A stretch of 64,000 nucleotides of DNA from Yuukianura sp. NJ FZ-2021 (lineage: Eukaryota), in assembly GCA_046563655.1 (NCBI GenBank), contig CM102285.1, forward strand, positions 14,632,001 through 14,696,000, read 5' to 3'. Numbering within the stretch: position 1 is the stretch's first letter; each line of letters opens with the position of its first letter. Shown in pieces: positions 1 to 13,244 of the stretch. A model generated the notes under the pieces. That model was not told the origin of the DNA. It ran no database searches and was given only the letters and a program-made list of their open reading frames with translations. The position numbers and the translations under genes are program-made.

Positions 1-3000
1 TTTGAATTGTGTGTATTGTGTCAAAGGTCGTGGGCATAGCACATGTCAATACGAATGAACGGATCCTGAACCTCATTGAATTTGTTGACAACGACACTTT
101 TACAAACTTCGAGTCCGTTCTGGTCCAACTGTCGCCAAAGGAAGCCGTTGTAGCAATTACTCCTACGTCGCATTCACAGGGTGGTGACGACAATAAAATT
201 GAGCAGGTACGATCTTAACTTAAATCAATTACTAATTACTTCTTCGATGGTCATCAGCATGTCATGTGTCACTTTTGTTATCCAGATACTTCGGAGGAAC
301 AATATTTTGATAAACGAACGGAAAACGTCGGACTTTGAGAAAGAAGATATCGAATTAGACTTGAAACAACTTTTGAAATCCACTTCAGCAGTTTCTGCCA
401 AGTCCGAACTGGAAAAGAAGTTGGCCACCAGTGCTCTCACTGGAGTCATCAAGCATCTCGATCTCATGTCAAACGATTCTTACTTGGGTCAATTCTGTCT
501 CGTGCCGTTTGATTCCGGACTCTACGTCAAAATGGATTCAGCCGCCTGTGAAGCCCTTCATCTCACCCAGAATCAGCTTGAATCCAAAAATCCACGAAAC
601 CTTACCATAACTTCAGTCCTGGACAAATGCCGAACGGCTCAAGGTCATCGTCTCTTGGCCCAAATACTCCGTCAACCGCTTGTGGACCGCCAGAAATTGG
701 AAGAACGATTGGATTTAGTTGAAGTTTTTGTGCTGGAACCGCTGAGAAGGAATGCCATTTATGAAGATCACTTGCGCAGAGTTCCGGACTATCAGTTACT
801 GGCAAGGAAGTTTTCAAAACAAAAAGCAACGTTGCTGGATTGCTACAAAAGTTATCGCTGTTTGACCAAGTTACCAAAACTTGTTGAGGACTTGGACTCT
901 TACGATGGACCACAAAAGAAAGTCATTGGTTCGTACTTTGTGGGGCCACTGAATGCACTCAAAGCGGACTGCTCCAAGTTTGTGGAAATGATCGAATCTA
1001 CGCTGGATCTGGAACTAGCTGACCAAGGAGAATTTATGATTCGACCAGATTTTGACGAAAAATTACAAAGTAAGACAAAAAAAAATGTATTTTCAAACCT
1101 CTCATTTAGCAAAATGATTTTTTTTTAATTTTTTTAGCTTTGAGAAACGAAATGGATCGATTGAAGGGAGCAATGGAGGTGGAAGCTAATAATACTCGGA
1201 AATCACTTCAGGTTGAAGACAAAGTACTCAAACTGGAAAGCGTCAGTCATCTTGGATTTCATTTTCGAATGACACTGAAGGTTACTCACTAAAACTTCAA
1301 GATCAAGAATTCGTGATCTTTGATTTTTTTTTGAATTATTTGAACTTTTGTTTTTAGGATGAAAAAGTGATGAGAAGTGGAAATTTTACAATTTTGGATT
1401 CGAAAGCCGGCGGTGTGAGATTTCGGACTTCGAAGATGGATGCACTTAATGAAAAATATGCAAAGCAAATGACTTTGTACGAAAAGGAACAAAAGGGGTT
1501 CAAGGAAGAACTCATGGTAGTTGCATGTAAGTGTGAACAAAATTGTTTCAAAGAGTTTTAATTAAGATGATTAATCAAATGATTCCGTTTCAGCTGGATA
1601 TCACGGATGCTTCGAGCAACTTGGCAACATTCTTGCTCTGTTGGACGTAATTCTGAGTTTCGCTCATGTTTCTGCCAATGCGTTAATTCCATTTGTACGT
1701 CCAAAACTACATCCCAAAGGCACCGGAATTCTGCGTTTTGAGCAACTCCGGCATCCGGTAACATTTGAAAAAAGTTTTAGCGGTTAATCAACAGTATTTA
1801 CTTCAGGTCAATGACAAACTTAACGACAATTTTAATGTTTTTTTTTTCAGTGTGTTGAGTCTCAGTGTGGCGTCAGTTTCATTCCAAATGACGTTCGACT
1901 GGAGAAAGGGAAAGAATCGTTTCTGATTGTGACTGGACCAAACATGGGCGGGAAATCGACGTTTCTGAGATCAGTTGGAGTGGCCACTCTGATGGCCCAC
2001 ATTGGTTGTTTTGTGCCAGCAGCAGAAGCGGAGGTAAGAATTCCAAAATTTTTGAATTTTTGATTTTTGTACATTTTTTGAATTTTGCTGGAATTTTAGG
2101 TGTCCATTGTAGATGCAATTTTGGCACGAGTTGGAGCAGGAGATTGTCTGCAGAAGGGAATCTCAACTTTTATGGCCGAAATGCTCCAAATGTCTTTCAT
2201 TCTCAAGGTAAGAACTGAAACGATTTGTGTAATTTTTCGAAATGAAGCTTTTGAAAACAGTTTTTGAAAGTTGTGTTTTTGGGTTTAGACGGCGACTTCT
2301 GATTCGTTGGTGTTGGTCGATGAACTTGGTCGTGGCACTTCAACTTACGATGGATATGGACTGTGTTGGGCCATTTCTGAGTATGGTTTCAATTTCTTCC
2401 TTTTGAAATTTCGGAAATTTTTAGTAAATTTTGAAATTTTTTATTTCTGCACAGGAAATTGGCGAAGGAGATCAACGGCTACACGATCATGGCAACTCAT
2501 TTTCATGAACTGACGCTATTGGCGGATGAAGTGAAGCATGTAGCCAATTATCATGTGACATCAGTAGCCGGTGAGGATGGACTGTCCATGCTGTACAAAG
2601 TGGAACCAGGAGCGTGTGACAGAAGTTTTGGAATTCATGTTGCAAAAGTGACAGACTTCCCAACAGAAGTCATTGAGGTAGATTCGTGATCCTGGTCTCT
2701 GTTTAACTGAAATTGTTTGCCAAGTTTTTGAGGTTGAGTTTTGGTGTTTTTTGTAGGTGGCCAAGAACATGTCCAAGACGCTGGAAGACTTTTGTCAAGA
2801 CGCTGATCTCGACGATTCGGAAGCAGCTTGGGAGAGACGCAAAAATGACAAGGCGGCAGGACTGCTGGAAGTAGAGAAATTCCAGCAGGAATTGAGTAAA
2901 CTTGCAGAAAAGTATGAAGGTGACGACGGAATGCTGCTGCTGGAAGCGAAAAAACTTCTCCAGAACTTACGTGATCTCCAGAATCCATTTATTTCTCATG

Positions 3001-3020
3001 TCCTTCAAGCTGAGGGTTAA
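1..3020 (+). CDS. MSH2: DNA mismatch repair protein MSH2 (multi-exon, 5' end outside window)
   Basis: Exons encode [43 protein letters not shown], Walker [57 protein letters not shown] and [14 protein letters not shown] introns; stop TAA at 3018-3020. Confidence 0.96.
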
Positions 3021-3150
3021 AACCAGTTGAAATTGCAGGTTAATACTAGGTGAAATTGCACTTTAAAAGTGAAGGTTAAAATCTTTTCCAACTGGGGGGT
3101 TAAAACTGGTTGAAACTGAAAGTTAAAATCGGTTGAAACAGTGGAAAACA
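3014..3150. repeat. Degenerate ~23-nt tandem repeat (GGTTAAAACCAGTTGAAATTGCA-like) at the MSH2 stop/3' UTR
   Basis: About 5 imperfect copies of ggttaaaa...gttgaaa visible. Confidence 0.6.
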
Positions 3151-3298
3151 GTTAGTATACAAGTTTGGACAAAGTAATTGTTACGTAAGTTTCCGTGTTA
3201 AGAAATTCTAGTTTTAATTTTAATTAAATTGATTTGAATTTGGTTAATTTGTGAATCAAAAGTTACGTTTTTAAACGTTTTTTTTAACTGCTGAGATT

Positions 3299-4962
3299 TT
3301 AGACGAAAAGACGACGATGCACTTTGGAACAAAATTCGTCCGTTTTCACCTGTTCCCGCTGATAAGCCGAGAGAAGACTTTCAGAGTAGTCAAAAAGTTC
3401 GGCAGAGGTGTCCTAAAATTAATTTTTATAAAAAGTTAATTAATTACTTTTGTTAATTACAAATTAATCAAGGAATCTTGATTAATTACCTTTGATTCGT
3501 CAAAAACAACTTTGACAACGTCTTTCGGTTGAATGTCAAACGTCGCCACTTGTGCGTCGTCTATCTTCAAGTATCGTCGTGCTTGTGACATGGACTCTCG
3601 TCGGAGGTACTCGGCAAGGTCATCCGTCCGACTCACGTTGGATTCAGGCAGTACTGACTCATCTTCTTCATCTTCACCTTCTTCCTCCTCTTCTTCGTCT
3701 TCTGATTGGTCAATCGCTGTCATTGGATGCAGTACGGATCCAGCACGAGTTTGTTCCGGAGATTGAGCATCGTCTTCTATAGATTCACCCAACGACTTGA
3801 CCACGAGTTGCGACGGCATCCTGGACCGGTTGACACGCAAGTAGTGATTCTTGTGCCAACCAAAGAGATATCCAGTTCGTTTCTGGTCTTCAAATGGTTC
3901 CAGGAATCTGATTGGTGGAGGAACTCGCTCATCAGGTGATCCATAGAAGATGTTGCTGATTCGCCTCATCATACGATTAACCCTAAAAGTTTACATTTTT
4001 GTTACTGGTTGAAGAAACGCTTTACGCCGAAGAAACGTTGAGAAAACGTTTCTCCATGAGGAAACGCTGTACACTGAGGAAATCACTTACGTTTGGGAAA
4101 CGACTTTACCTAAAGATCGGATGAGACTCCAAGTCAACCATATCGGGTGTCGGTTCCACGATACCGTCAATGACCATTTGTCGATATCGTTCCTGTTCGT
4201 CGTGATATCGCTTTTTGTCTCGTTGTTTCCAAATCTTCTTCTCCTCATCATCGATTTTTCTGGACATGCTGTCCATCCAGCGGGAGTCATTGATCCGAAT
4301 TCTATCAGTTCCAATGACCCGTTCCATACGAAGAGTAATTTTGGGTGAGGCTTCGACACTATTTAAACAATTGTAGTTAAATTCTGCTGAGGGAAGTAAT
4401 TGATTAATTGGAAAGTTCATGCTTACTGGTATTCGAGCTCTCTGTCATACGATTCGAGTCCTGGCAGTTTAGCTCTGATGGTATTTCCTACATGTTTCCG
4501 TTCTTCCCATGGTTTTACACGCTTAATTTTCCTGCGAATGTTTTGCGTAGGACTTGGGACAGAAGGGGTGCTGTCCTTCTTGGCATTGGCAACCACACTA
4601 TTAAGTGACGACGGGCGAGTGGATTCGGCACCATCTTTAGGCAGTTGACTTGGACGTGGATCTTGCGAAGTACTGGGACGAACGTCTTGGGCAATACTTG
4701 CTCGGGGATCTTGGGCAGTACTTGCACGGGGATCTTGGAAAGTACTTGCACGGGGATCTTGGGCAGTACTTGCTCTGGGATCTTGGGCAGTACTTGCTCT
4801 GGGATCTTGGGCAGTACTTGGACGGGGATCCTGGGCAGTACTTGGACGGGGATCCTGGGCAATACTTGGGCGAACTTCTTGGGCAGTACTTGGACGCGGA
4901 TCCTGACCTTGACCTTGACTTATGGCCTGCACAGAAGGTCGTGGACCTAGATTCTCCTCCAT
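3299..4962 (-). CDS. Uncharacterised 4-exon protein with an N-terminal 8-aa tandem repeat (QDPRxSTA) and an acidic tract
   Basis: ATG 4962. Exons ~4962-4427, ~4359-4110, ~3983-3491 and ~3412-3299 join in frame through GT-AG introns. No family recognised. Confidence 0.7.
4640..4912 (-). repeat. Coding 24-nt minisatellite (~11 copies)
   Basis: Unit gggatcttgggcagtacttgcacg-like; encodes QDPR(A/P)STA on the minus strand. Confidence 0.9.
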
Positions 4963-5119
4963 CTTGGAATTATTCTAAGACTTTTGACCTTACAATTTGG
5001 GGTTTTGCGGAGTACTACTTACATGTATGCGTTGCGTATGTGCTTGTGCAGTAGTAAAAGGTGCTCACTGAATTGGTTTGTAATTAAAAAAAGCTTTATG
5101 TTGATTTTAATCAAATTTA

Positions 5120-5133
5120 GTTATCATGACAAC
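5120..5133. promoter_or_regulatory. RFX X-box in the divergent orphan/DNAAF5 promoter
   Basis: GTTATC-AT-GACAAC matches GYTRYY-N1-3-RRHRAC; lies upstream of a known motile-cilia gene. Confidence 0.65.
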
Positions 5134-5611
5134 TATAAAACAATAGTTCGCTTCCGTTTAATTTCAATTCCAATATTTAGCACTTTTCGTAGACTGCATG
5201 ACGCCGACTGATTTTTTTTATAACGTAAAAGATGCCAGTCAAAAAGTGGCAGCGGGAAATTAAAACCCGCCAGATTTTTGTTTTGCTTTGAACAGCTGAT
5301 CTCTATCGGCTAAAAAACGAATCAGGAAAGGTAAAGGGGAGAAATCATAATAAACTTAACAAGGGTGTTGATTAATCGATTAACGACCAAGCTGAATCGA
5401 TTTAACAAAATCCCCTCTTCACTTTAACTAGAAGATCTACATAGGGTACATCGCATGAATCGGTAAGGCGAACAAAGGAAAGGTAAACTAACACTAGAAT
5501 TACTTTAATAACAGTTTTTTCTACTTCGTTATCGTTCATCGTCAATTGAATCGATAAACTTTATTATGAATGCTAATGGAAGTTGATTTGTTGAAATTTT
5601 AGGAAACAAAG

Positions 5612-8600
5612 ATGGATGTGTTGGATGATGACCAAGAGCAAGTGAACATTCTCAAGAATCCGGACCGTTATTTGAATAAGATCCAAGATGAGAACAAAAT
5701 CGTCCGTCGGAATTCCATGAAACTTGTATTTGCCGAATTTCAGACAGCTTTAGAAGATGTACGTCAAAGTTCTTCTACTCTGGGAGACGAAGAGGAAGAA
5801 GTTGTTCTTAGCTTCCTTTGTCCAGTCATCCGTCTCATCAAAGATCCAGTTGAAAAGACACGCGAACTGGCCTATGAACTTCTGGAGATGTTTATTCGTC
5901 ATCTGCCCAAAGACAAGATCAAAGACGTTCTTCCTACGTTGATTCCAATTCTGGTGGATCGTCTGGGACAACCAGAGCTCAACGAACCTTCGGAAGAAGT
6001 CAGACTGTTGGCGGTCAAACGAATTGACGACGTTCTTAGAAAAGTCAAAACCGATTTGAATCCATTTATTGACGATGTCATTCAAATACTGGCCAGTACA
6101 ATCACTGATCCATATCATACTGTCCGGATCGTCAGTTGTCAACTGACGTCCAAAGTGGCCGATGTGTGTCGAACTGTGTTTCATTACAACAGTGAACGTC
6201 TACTTCGTCCCTTGTGTATCTCACTTACTCATCAACAACTACGTGTCCGGATTGCAGTTGTGGATTGTTTATGTAAGATTTCAAATTTCAAAATCTTGAA
6301 CTTTCTTTTCAAAAATTGAGTTTTCTTTTGTTATTTCAGGTCAAGTTGTACTGCTTGGGAACCACAAGGGTATCAACACCGTCCTACCGCATGTCACTTC
6401 CAGAGTATTCGATCCAGCTCCCGGTGTACGTCTGGCCGTTGTCAACGCCGTGGGCGAATGGATGCTCAATTTTATCGATCGATACTCATACTTTCCAAAG
6501 TTGCTGCCAATTATCCTAGCACTGTAAGTCCAAACAATCTTGAGACAAATAATAATCTTCAAGAAATTCAAAATTTTTTAACCTCAGCGACTAAAACTTG
6601 TAACTGACTTTTAGACAAAAAGACGAATCTGATGAAATTCCAAAAAGAGCCAGAGCTCTGTGGGATGCTGCAGGGGAAAAGTACTTACGGGAGAACTTGG
6701 AGCAGTACCGTGACCAAATTGACTTTCCATTACCAAAACCCAGTCACTACCCACCGAATGTTGTCCGATCCAACTTGGGATGTCGGATAATCACTTGGCA
6801 AAGCACTTTCAACATCCTTCCGGCTGTGACGACTGAAACTTCGGATTGGGTCAAATCAACTAGGATCAAAGCAACACTTTTACTTTACTACACGATTCTC
6901 AACTGTGAAGAAAAAATTACAATGTACGTGGACAAGATCTTCCCTATCATTTACAAGACTGTGAGAGATGACGAACCGGAAGTTGTGTCTTACGTAAGTT
7001 ATAAATATTATAAAAGTTATAAAAATTATAAAAGTTACAAAAATTATAAAAGGTATAAAAATTATGGGTTATAAAAACTATAAAAGTGATAAAAATTATT
7101 ATAGAACTTTTATAATTTTTATAACGTTTATAGGTTTTATAACTTCATCATAATTTTTGTAACTTTCATAATTTTTATACCATTTATAATAGACTTAGGA
7201 CAACTTCGTTTTATGTCGTCCGTAATTTTTATGCCGTTAAAATTTTTTTTTTATATTTATAACTCTTACAAAAATTAAACAGTTACGTAAAGTACTATGC
7301 CGTTTTTTGAATGTTTAGACCGAGCAGGCAGCAAATGCAATTGGATACTTTGTTCCCCTGAGCGTCACTTGGCCAATTCTGTCTTCCGCTGTATCGATGG
7401 GGCCAAACGAAGGGAATTTATTAGTACTCAAAGCTGTCCTAGAGGGAACCGATCCACAAATTCTGCCTGATTTCGTCCAAGATGTGTTGAAACTCTTAGC
7501 CGAATCGGACGTCCTGGAAACCCGGAACAAACGCAGACAATTCCCAATTCTCGGAATTTGTCAAGCTCTGCTCAACTTGGCTCCTGAGATGGTGTGTCGA
7601 GAGGAAAATGCACCCTTGTTTTTTACAATTGTGCTGACGACTTGGGCTCAAAGCCAAGATGCTGATGCTGTTCAAACTGCCAAGAGTAAGCTACACCAGA
7701 AAAAATCAAAACTACTGTCAATGTACAGATGCTGGGATGATACTGAAAGTTTTTTTGAATGGCGTGTTCAGGTATTCTGGAAAACCTTGGAACGAAGTTC
7801 AACACTGGGCTGGACGGTGTCATGGGAAAATTTTGTGGAAAGATCTTAGCAGAAATTGCGGACAAAAGTACCGAGTGGACATCAGTGTCAACTGACAAAC
7901 TTATTTTTGATGTCGTTCTGTCACAAGGAGGTGAGACAACTGGAAAATTCCAGGATAAAATTGATTTTTTTTTCAATTTGTTCAAAATTTTTGGTTTTGT
8001 TTTTTAGGTCTTGCCGTTAACAACAATATGGACACGATTTTGAAAATTATGTTGTCAAATCTCAATCCAGAGAAGGATCCAGAAGTTCGTCTGAAATTTT
8101 TGACAAGACTGGCTCAGCATTTGGAATTTTATAGCAAAACGACAACAGTGGATAAAACACAACTCCAAACTTTTGTGAGGCACATTATAGAAGGTCAGAG
8201 GTCAAGTTTTAAAAAAATTGAATAAATTATTTCTAAAACTTTGGTTTTGTAATTTTTAGAGGTGTTGGGGCCGAACTTGGTTTGGACAGCAGGAAAAACA
8301 GCGGGAGTTATTCGGACAGCAGCAGTTTCCTGTCTTTTGGCAGTCATACAAGCTGGAATTCTGGAAGTTGATGTTTTGAAAAGTTTGGCACCAAAAATAG
8401 TCACTTCTATCATGGGTGTTGTGGAAGACAGTTCAGAGACGACGCGTCTCTTCAGTTGTGAGTGTTTACGAAAGTTGGTCACGGAAGGCCAAGGTCAACT
8501 GGAAGCCGAATTACTTCATAAGATTTATCCTCGTAATCTCACAATTTCAAAAAAAAAATATTTGAAACACCAAAACCTATTTCAAAAAGCTTATTTTGTA

Positions 8601-9038
8601 AAAATTTTTGACTTTGCACAGCAATGCTGAGTCGACTGGACGACGTTTCGGACACGGTACGACTCGGAGCTTTGAACGCCATTTCAGCCATTTTTAGCCA
8701 CTTACCGTCCGATTACGATCCGGTTCGGTACAAAGGCTATGTCGAAAACGTTTATACGACTCTACTTTTACATTTGGATGACACCGATGGAGAAATCCAA
8801 GACAAAGTTCAAGGTACTAAAAAAGTGAAACATTGTCAGTTCGTGGTGTAACATTAAAAATTACTTAATTTTTTCATTCATTAAAAGTTTTTTGATAATT
8901 TTAGGAGTGCTGGAATTGATTGGTCATGTGTGTCCGGACTCCCTCATCAGAGAATGTGAAAAAACGAAAATGAAACATCGATCTCCTGCACGTTGTGATG
9001 AACTTATCTCAAAGTTCAGTCAATTGTCAACCAAGTGA
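5612..9038 (+). CDS. DNAAF5: Dynein axonemal assembly factor 5 (HEAT repeat-containing protein 2)
   Basis: HEAT repeats with DPVEKTRELA, EPSEEVRL, TITDPY, LTHQQLRVR, IDRYSYFPKLLP, RSNLGCR, PNLVWTAGKTAGVIRTAAVSCL and LSRLDDVSDTVR. About 10 exons; stop TGA 9036-9038. Confidence 0.9.
6998..7190. repeat. Intronic 9-nt TATAAAA(A/G)T microsatellite followed by its inverted copy
   Basis: tataaaagt/tataaaaat runs at 7000-7100 and reverse-complement runs at 7105-7190. Confidence 0.7.
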
Positions 9039-9607
9039 CGATGACGCACACGCACAGATGCTGGACCAGCATTCCTCGTTGAAGAACTTCCAGGAAACAT
9101 TTAGCAAGTATTCAAGTACTGTCATGTGTTAGTGGAAATTTCCGTTATCAAGTATTCTATCTACCGCGATGTCAGGAAAGGAATCTATGGATTGAATCAT
9201 TGGAGGAACAAACAATCGTAAATATCAGAAAAATCTCTCTTACGTCAATTGAAATTGATTAATGTTGTAAGCTTAAAAAGTTTAAAAATCGATTCTGTGA
9301 AGTTCCATTTTGTTGATCAAAGGGAAACTAATTGCGTTAGTGTGTCAATGTTCTGATTATGTTAAAAATTTACTTGTTTTCATGTTTTTACAAAGAACAA
9401 TAACCGTGGAGCGCATTTTAGTTCTAAACTAATCTTGATTGGTTCTCAGATAAACAAGAATCCACTGATAGCATGAAATTCTGCTCAAATCATCTGAAAC
9501 GTAGTTCTGCTCAACATAAATAAAATAGGAATTGTCCATTTTCTACAACCTAACCACTAACTACTTACCTAACGTAACGTCAAAGATACACAAAAAAAAT
9601 TTGAACG

Positions 9608-10650
9608 ATGCTGTTAAAAACTTACGGAGTCTTTTTGGCTGTATGTCTCTTCGGTGGTGTTAAGGTAAAATCGCAAAATTTTAAACTTTTGACTTCAATT
9701 TTATGAATTTTTGTTTTTTGTTGTTACAGGAAATCAGTGGAAGCGATTTCGACTGCCCTGCAGAAGGAGATCACTTCTATCCTCATGAAGACTGTACGAA
9801 GTTCATCGTTTGTACGAATGGAGTCTACTATGAATTTGATTGTCCAGAAGGAACCTACTGGGATCAGCCTAACACGATTTGCAGTTATGACGCTGATTGT
9901 GTAACGAAACCTCCACCAACTCCAGAACCAACAACAGAGCAACCAACAACAGAACCACCCACAGAAGCTCCGACAACAGAACCACCAACAGAAGCTCCGA
10001 CAACAGAAGCTCCGACAACAGAACCACCAACAGAAGCTCCGACAACAACAGAAGCTACGACAGAACCACCAACAGAAGCTCCGACAACAGAACCACCAAC
10101 AGAAGCTCCGACAACAGAACCACCAACAGAAGCTCCGACGACAACAGAAGCTCCGACGACAACAGAAGCTCCGACAACAGAAGCTCCGACGACAACAGAA
10201 GCTCCGACAACAACAGAAGCTCCGACAACAGAAGCTCCGACAACAGAACCACCAACTCCCGAGCCCACAACAGAAGTTCCAACAACAGAACCACCAACAG
10301 AAGTTCCGACGACAGAACGAAGTACGACGATGGACATGTTTCCCTGTCCAGATACTGGCTACCACACACTTCCACATCCCACTTCCTGTAACTTGTACTA
10401 CCGCTGCTACGAAGGAGACCTCATGGGCATCTACTCCTGTGGAACTGAAGAGTGGTTCGACTCCCGCACAGAACGATGTGTCGATCCGGAAGACTCCGAC
10501 TGTCCCTACGGTACTCCGTCTCGCGAATCGGCATCACATTCCGAAGATTCCAGCAGGCCACAGAATTCAAGTTCCGAGGAGGCCAGCTCTCAAGAGTCTT
10601 CTGAAGATTCTAGTTCCGAGGAATCCCGGTTCAGAAACAAATTGGATTAA
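9608..10650 (+). CDS. Secreted peritrophin-like chitin-binding mucin (CBM14 - PTTEA mucin - CBM14 - Ser/Glu tail)
   Basis: Signal peptide MLLKTYGVFLAVCLFGGVK, intron ~9664-9729, two 6-Cys peritrophin-A domains flanking ~130 aa of (A/P)PTTE repeats. Confidence 0.92.
9920..10320 (+). repeat. Coding 12/15/18-nt mucin repeat array
   Basis: acagaagctccgaca / acagaaccacca units. Confidence 0.9.
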
Positions 10651-10754
10651 AATTAATCATCCAAACATTTCTGTTTACTTTTTAACTTTTTCATTCAAAA
10701 ATAAAAATTAAGTTACGTTCAATTAATTATATTGGTGATTTTTTTTTCGTTCAA

Positions 10755-13114
10755 TTAGTAGTACAAGTACTGGTCGAGTTGAGTCATTTGCTGTTCAAAC
10801 AAACTCTGAGACTCTGCTAATTCATTTTCAAGCGTTTTACGCAAATTTCCCAAAAAATTTAACGTTTCCGTTACGTCATCCTTTGCGTGATTTTTGTCGC
10901 CCGAATCCTCCGGTTCGTCTAAAAAAAAAGAATTCTGGGTGACTAAAACTCTGCAAACGTCGGAAATCTGAATTTTTCTGAAAAGAAATTACCTGTTGGA
11001 CTTGTCACTAGAAGTTCCGGTTCTCCATCTTCGGCGTCTTCAAATTCGTCTTCCGATACCGGAGTGATCGTTGTCATATTTCCGATTTCGTGGTTCGGTT
11101 CACTTTTTTCGGTCTCCTTTGGTTCCGGCGGCGGTTTTTGTTCACAAGAGTTCGACGTTTCGTTTGATTCGACCGATTTCTGTTGTTGCCGTTTCAGTTT
11201 CGGTGGCACGTAGCCTTCCGGCGGATATTCCGGAATTTCTATTCCCGGAGATTTGTTTGCCATCAACGTCGGAATTGGCGGAGAAAGTGGGCGTGGCTTG
11301 GTATCGATCAAGTTTTCTATTGGTGGAGGCGAATTGGTGGCTTCTGATTGGTCCAAATCTTGTTTCGATCCGCTCAAGCGATTTCGTCTTTCCTCCATCG
11401 CTTTACGGTGAGCCTCTTCAGCTTCTTTGATCAGCGCTTTCTGTCTCTCCAGCACTTCTTCCTCTTTTCTTCGCTTTTCTTCTTCCTAGAAAGAACATTT
11501 TAAAAAACTTAAAAACTAACAATTTTCAAAAATTAATTTTTTTTTTACCTTTTCCTGAAATCGCTGTTTTTCTTTTTCGTATTCCTCAAGCATGCGTTCT
11601 TGATCTCTCTGAATTTTTTGCTGTAAACGTTCGTCTTCCTCTCGTTCACGCTTGCGTCGCTCTTCGTCTTCTTTTCGCTTCTCTTCAATTTGTTGCTTCA
11701 AAGCACATTTGTAGGCGCTGTTTCGAACGCTGGTGCCTGGACGCTGATCAGCCGTTTGAGAAATGTGCTGGCGAAAGGAGATGTTGTAACTGTCACCACT
11801 GTGGTAACTGTCGCCCAAGATGCTGCCGCATGGAGAACTACCATTGGGCGGAGTCTGAGAGAACACTGAAGCATCAGCTGAAATATTTCAAATTTCCAAA
11901 AATAAAAGTTAAAATTTTTAAAAAAATTTTGGGAAATTTTGGAAAATTACGCGGATTGAGCAGAACTGGGACAGCCACGCCACCGTCCGAACCGACAGTA
12001 TAAACTTGCCCTCTGGCCATCATCTCCTCCCAGTTTTGACGACTCATGCGAGGTCCAACTACTTCGTGTCCAGTTGACCTTTGACCTCTTGGTGACCTTT
12101 GACCTTTTGGCGACCTTGAGTACTGTTTTTGCTCCTCGTCGTGACCTGACCTTGACTGTCGCTGATGTTTTGACGTCGCCAGTTGTGGTTCTGAGTGGGA
12201 CACACCCACTGGAAGCGACATTTCAGCGTCGTCGTCATCATTTCCGTAAGTTGACTGCCGATCTTCCTCGTGATACCGGTTTTTCCGGTTTCCGCGGTAA
12301 CACGATTGGTCACTTTTTGATACCGTTGGAAGGTGTGGTGTTGGAATAGGCGATGATGACCTTCTGACTTCTCGGGTTGGTGATCTCTTCATGACGACTT
12401 CTGGAACTTTGGCTGGAGATGCTGGGCAGAATGCTGCCGCAGTACTTTTGTCAGTAATGAGTACTGGCGAAGTACCGGACGGAAACAACCAGCACTGGAC
12501 AGCCGATAAGCTTTTGGGCTCTATTGGCAACGGAGTTGACGTCGCCACCGGAACTTGTGGCACGATTGGTCCACGGAGGGGGGTACTTCGAACTGCAATA
12601 AAGCGAGAAATTCAAAGGTCAGTTGATTTTTATTGACCTTTGACCTTTGCGTTTGACCTTTCTCACCATTTTGCAACTCCTTTTGTCGTTCCCGCTCTCT
12701 CATTTCTTTTTGCTGTGCAATCTGCAGGTCAAGTTGCTCTTTGTACTCCATCTGCGCAGATTTTCTTGCTTTGGCTCTTCCGGTATTTGAATCCGTTGCA
12801 GCATCTCCTCCGCCATCGTGAACCGCAACGATACCGATACTGGAATGCTGCGTCCGAACTCCATTGCGTACGCGTGATTGACTGTTGACGCTAAAACGTA
12901 AAATATAATTTTTTTCTTAACTTTTCAAATTTTGAAACTGTTTTTAAAATTTTGAAACAAACCTGGCAGAGTCTAGCAAAATTGAGTGGTCGTTGGATCT
13001 GGTGTATTTCGTACACCGAGTTGCTTGGCGCCGACTGTCTCCAGCAGCAGCCTCGTTGAGCTGCGAACCACGCCCTTGGTACTGCATTCTCTTGTTACTC
13101 GACGCCCATGACAT
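10755..13114 (-). CDS. Coiled-coil centrosomal/ciliary protein, CSPP1/CCDC66-like
   Basis: ATG 13114 (MSWASSNK), about 6 exons. Motifs EYKEQLDLQIAQQKEMRERER, AYKCALKQQIEEKRKEDEERRKREREEDERLQQKIQRDQERMLEEYEKE and LSPPIPTL resemble CSPP1/CCDC66. Stop at 10755. Confidence 0.6.
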
Positions 13115-13230
13115 GGTCACTGACCTTTGACCTTCACCAAGCACTCTACACATACAAGTCAAGCAACAAACCAAAATCCAAGCAAAAGTTTTCAACCAGA
13201 AGTATGAAACTTTAATTCAACGTCAGTACT

Positions 13231-13244
13231 GTCTCCCAGACAAC
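13231..13244. promoter_or_regulatory. RFX X-box upstream of the CSPP1-like gene
   Basis: Minus strand GTTGTC-TG-GGAGAC, ~120 nt upstream of the ATG. Confidence 0.55.

Noticed and set aside
181..1128. 315-aa ORF as an independent gene, and genes broken into many ORFs as pseudogenes
   Set aside because: The ORF is an MSH2 exon read into flanking introns; fragmentation across the window is explained by canonical in-frame introns.
4515..5054. Alternative-frame repeat ORFs (DLGQYL, GILGST, VLPKIP)
   Set aside because: Shadows of the 24-nt repeat; the QDPR frame is the one that splices into downstream exons.
9724..10391. Cys-rich, Val/Gly-rich and Asn/Arg-rich ORFs overlapping the peritrophin
   Set aside because: Shadow frames of the PTTEA mucin repeat; only one frame carries a signal peptide and CBM14 domains.
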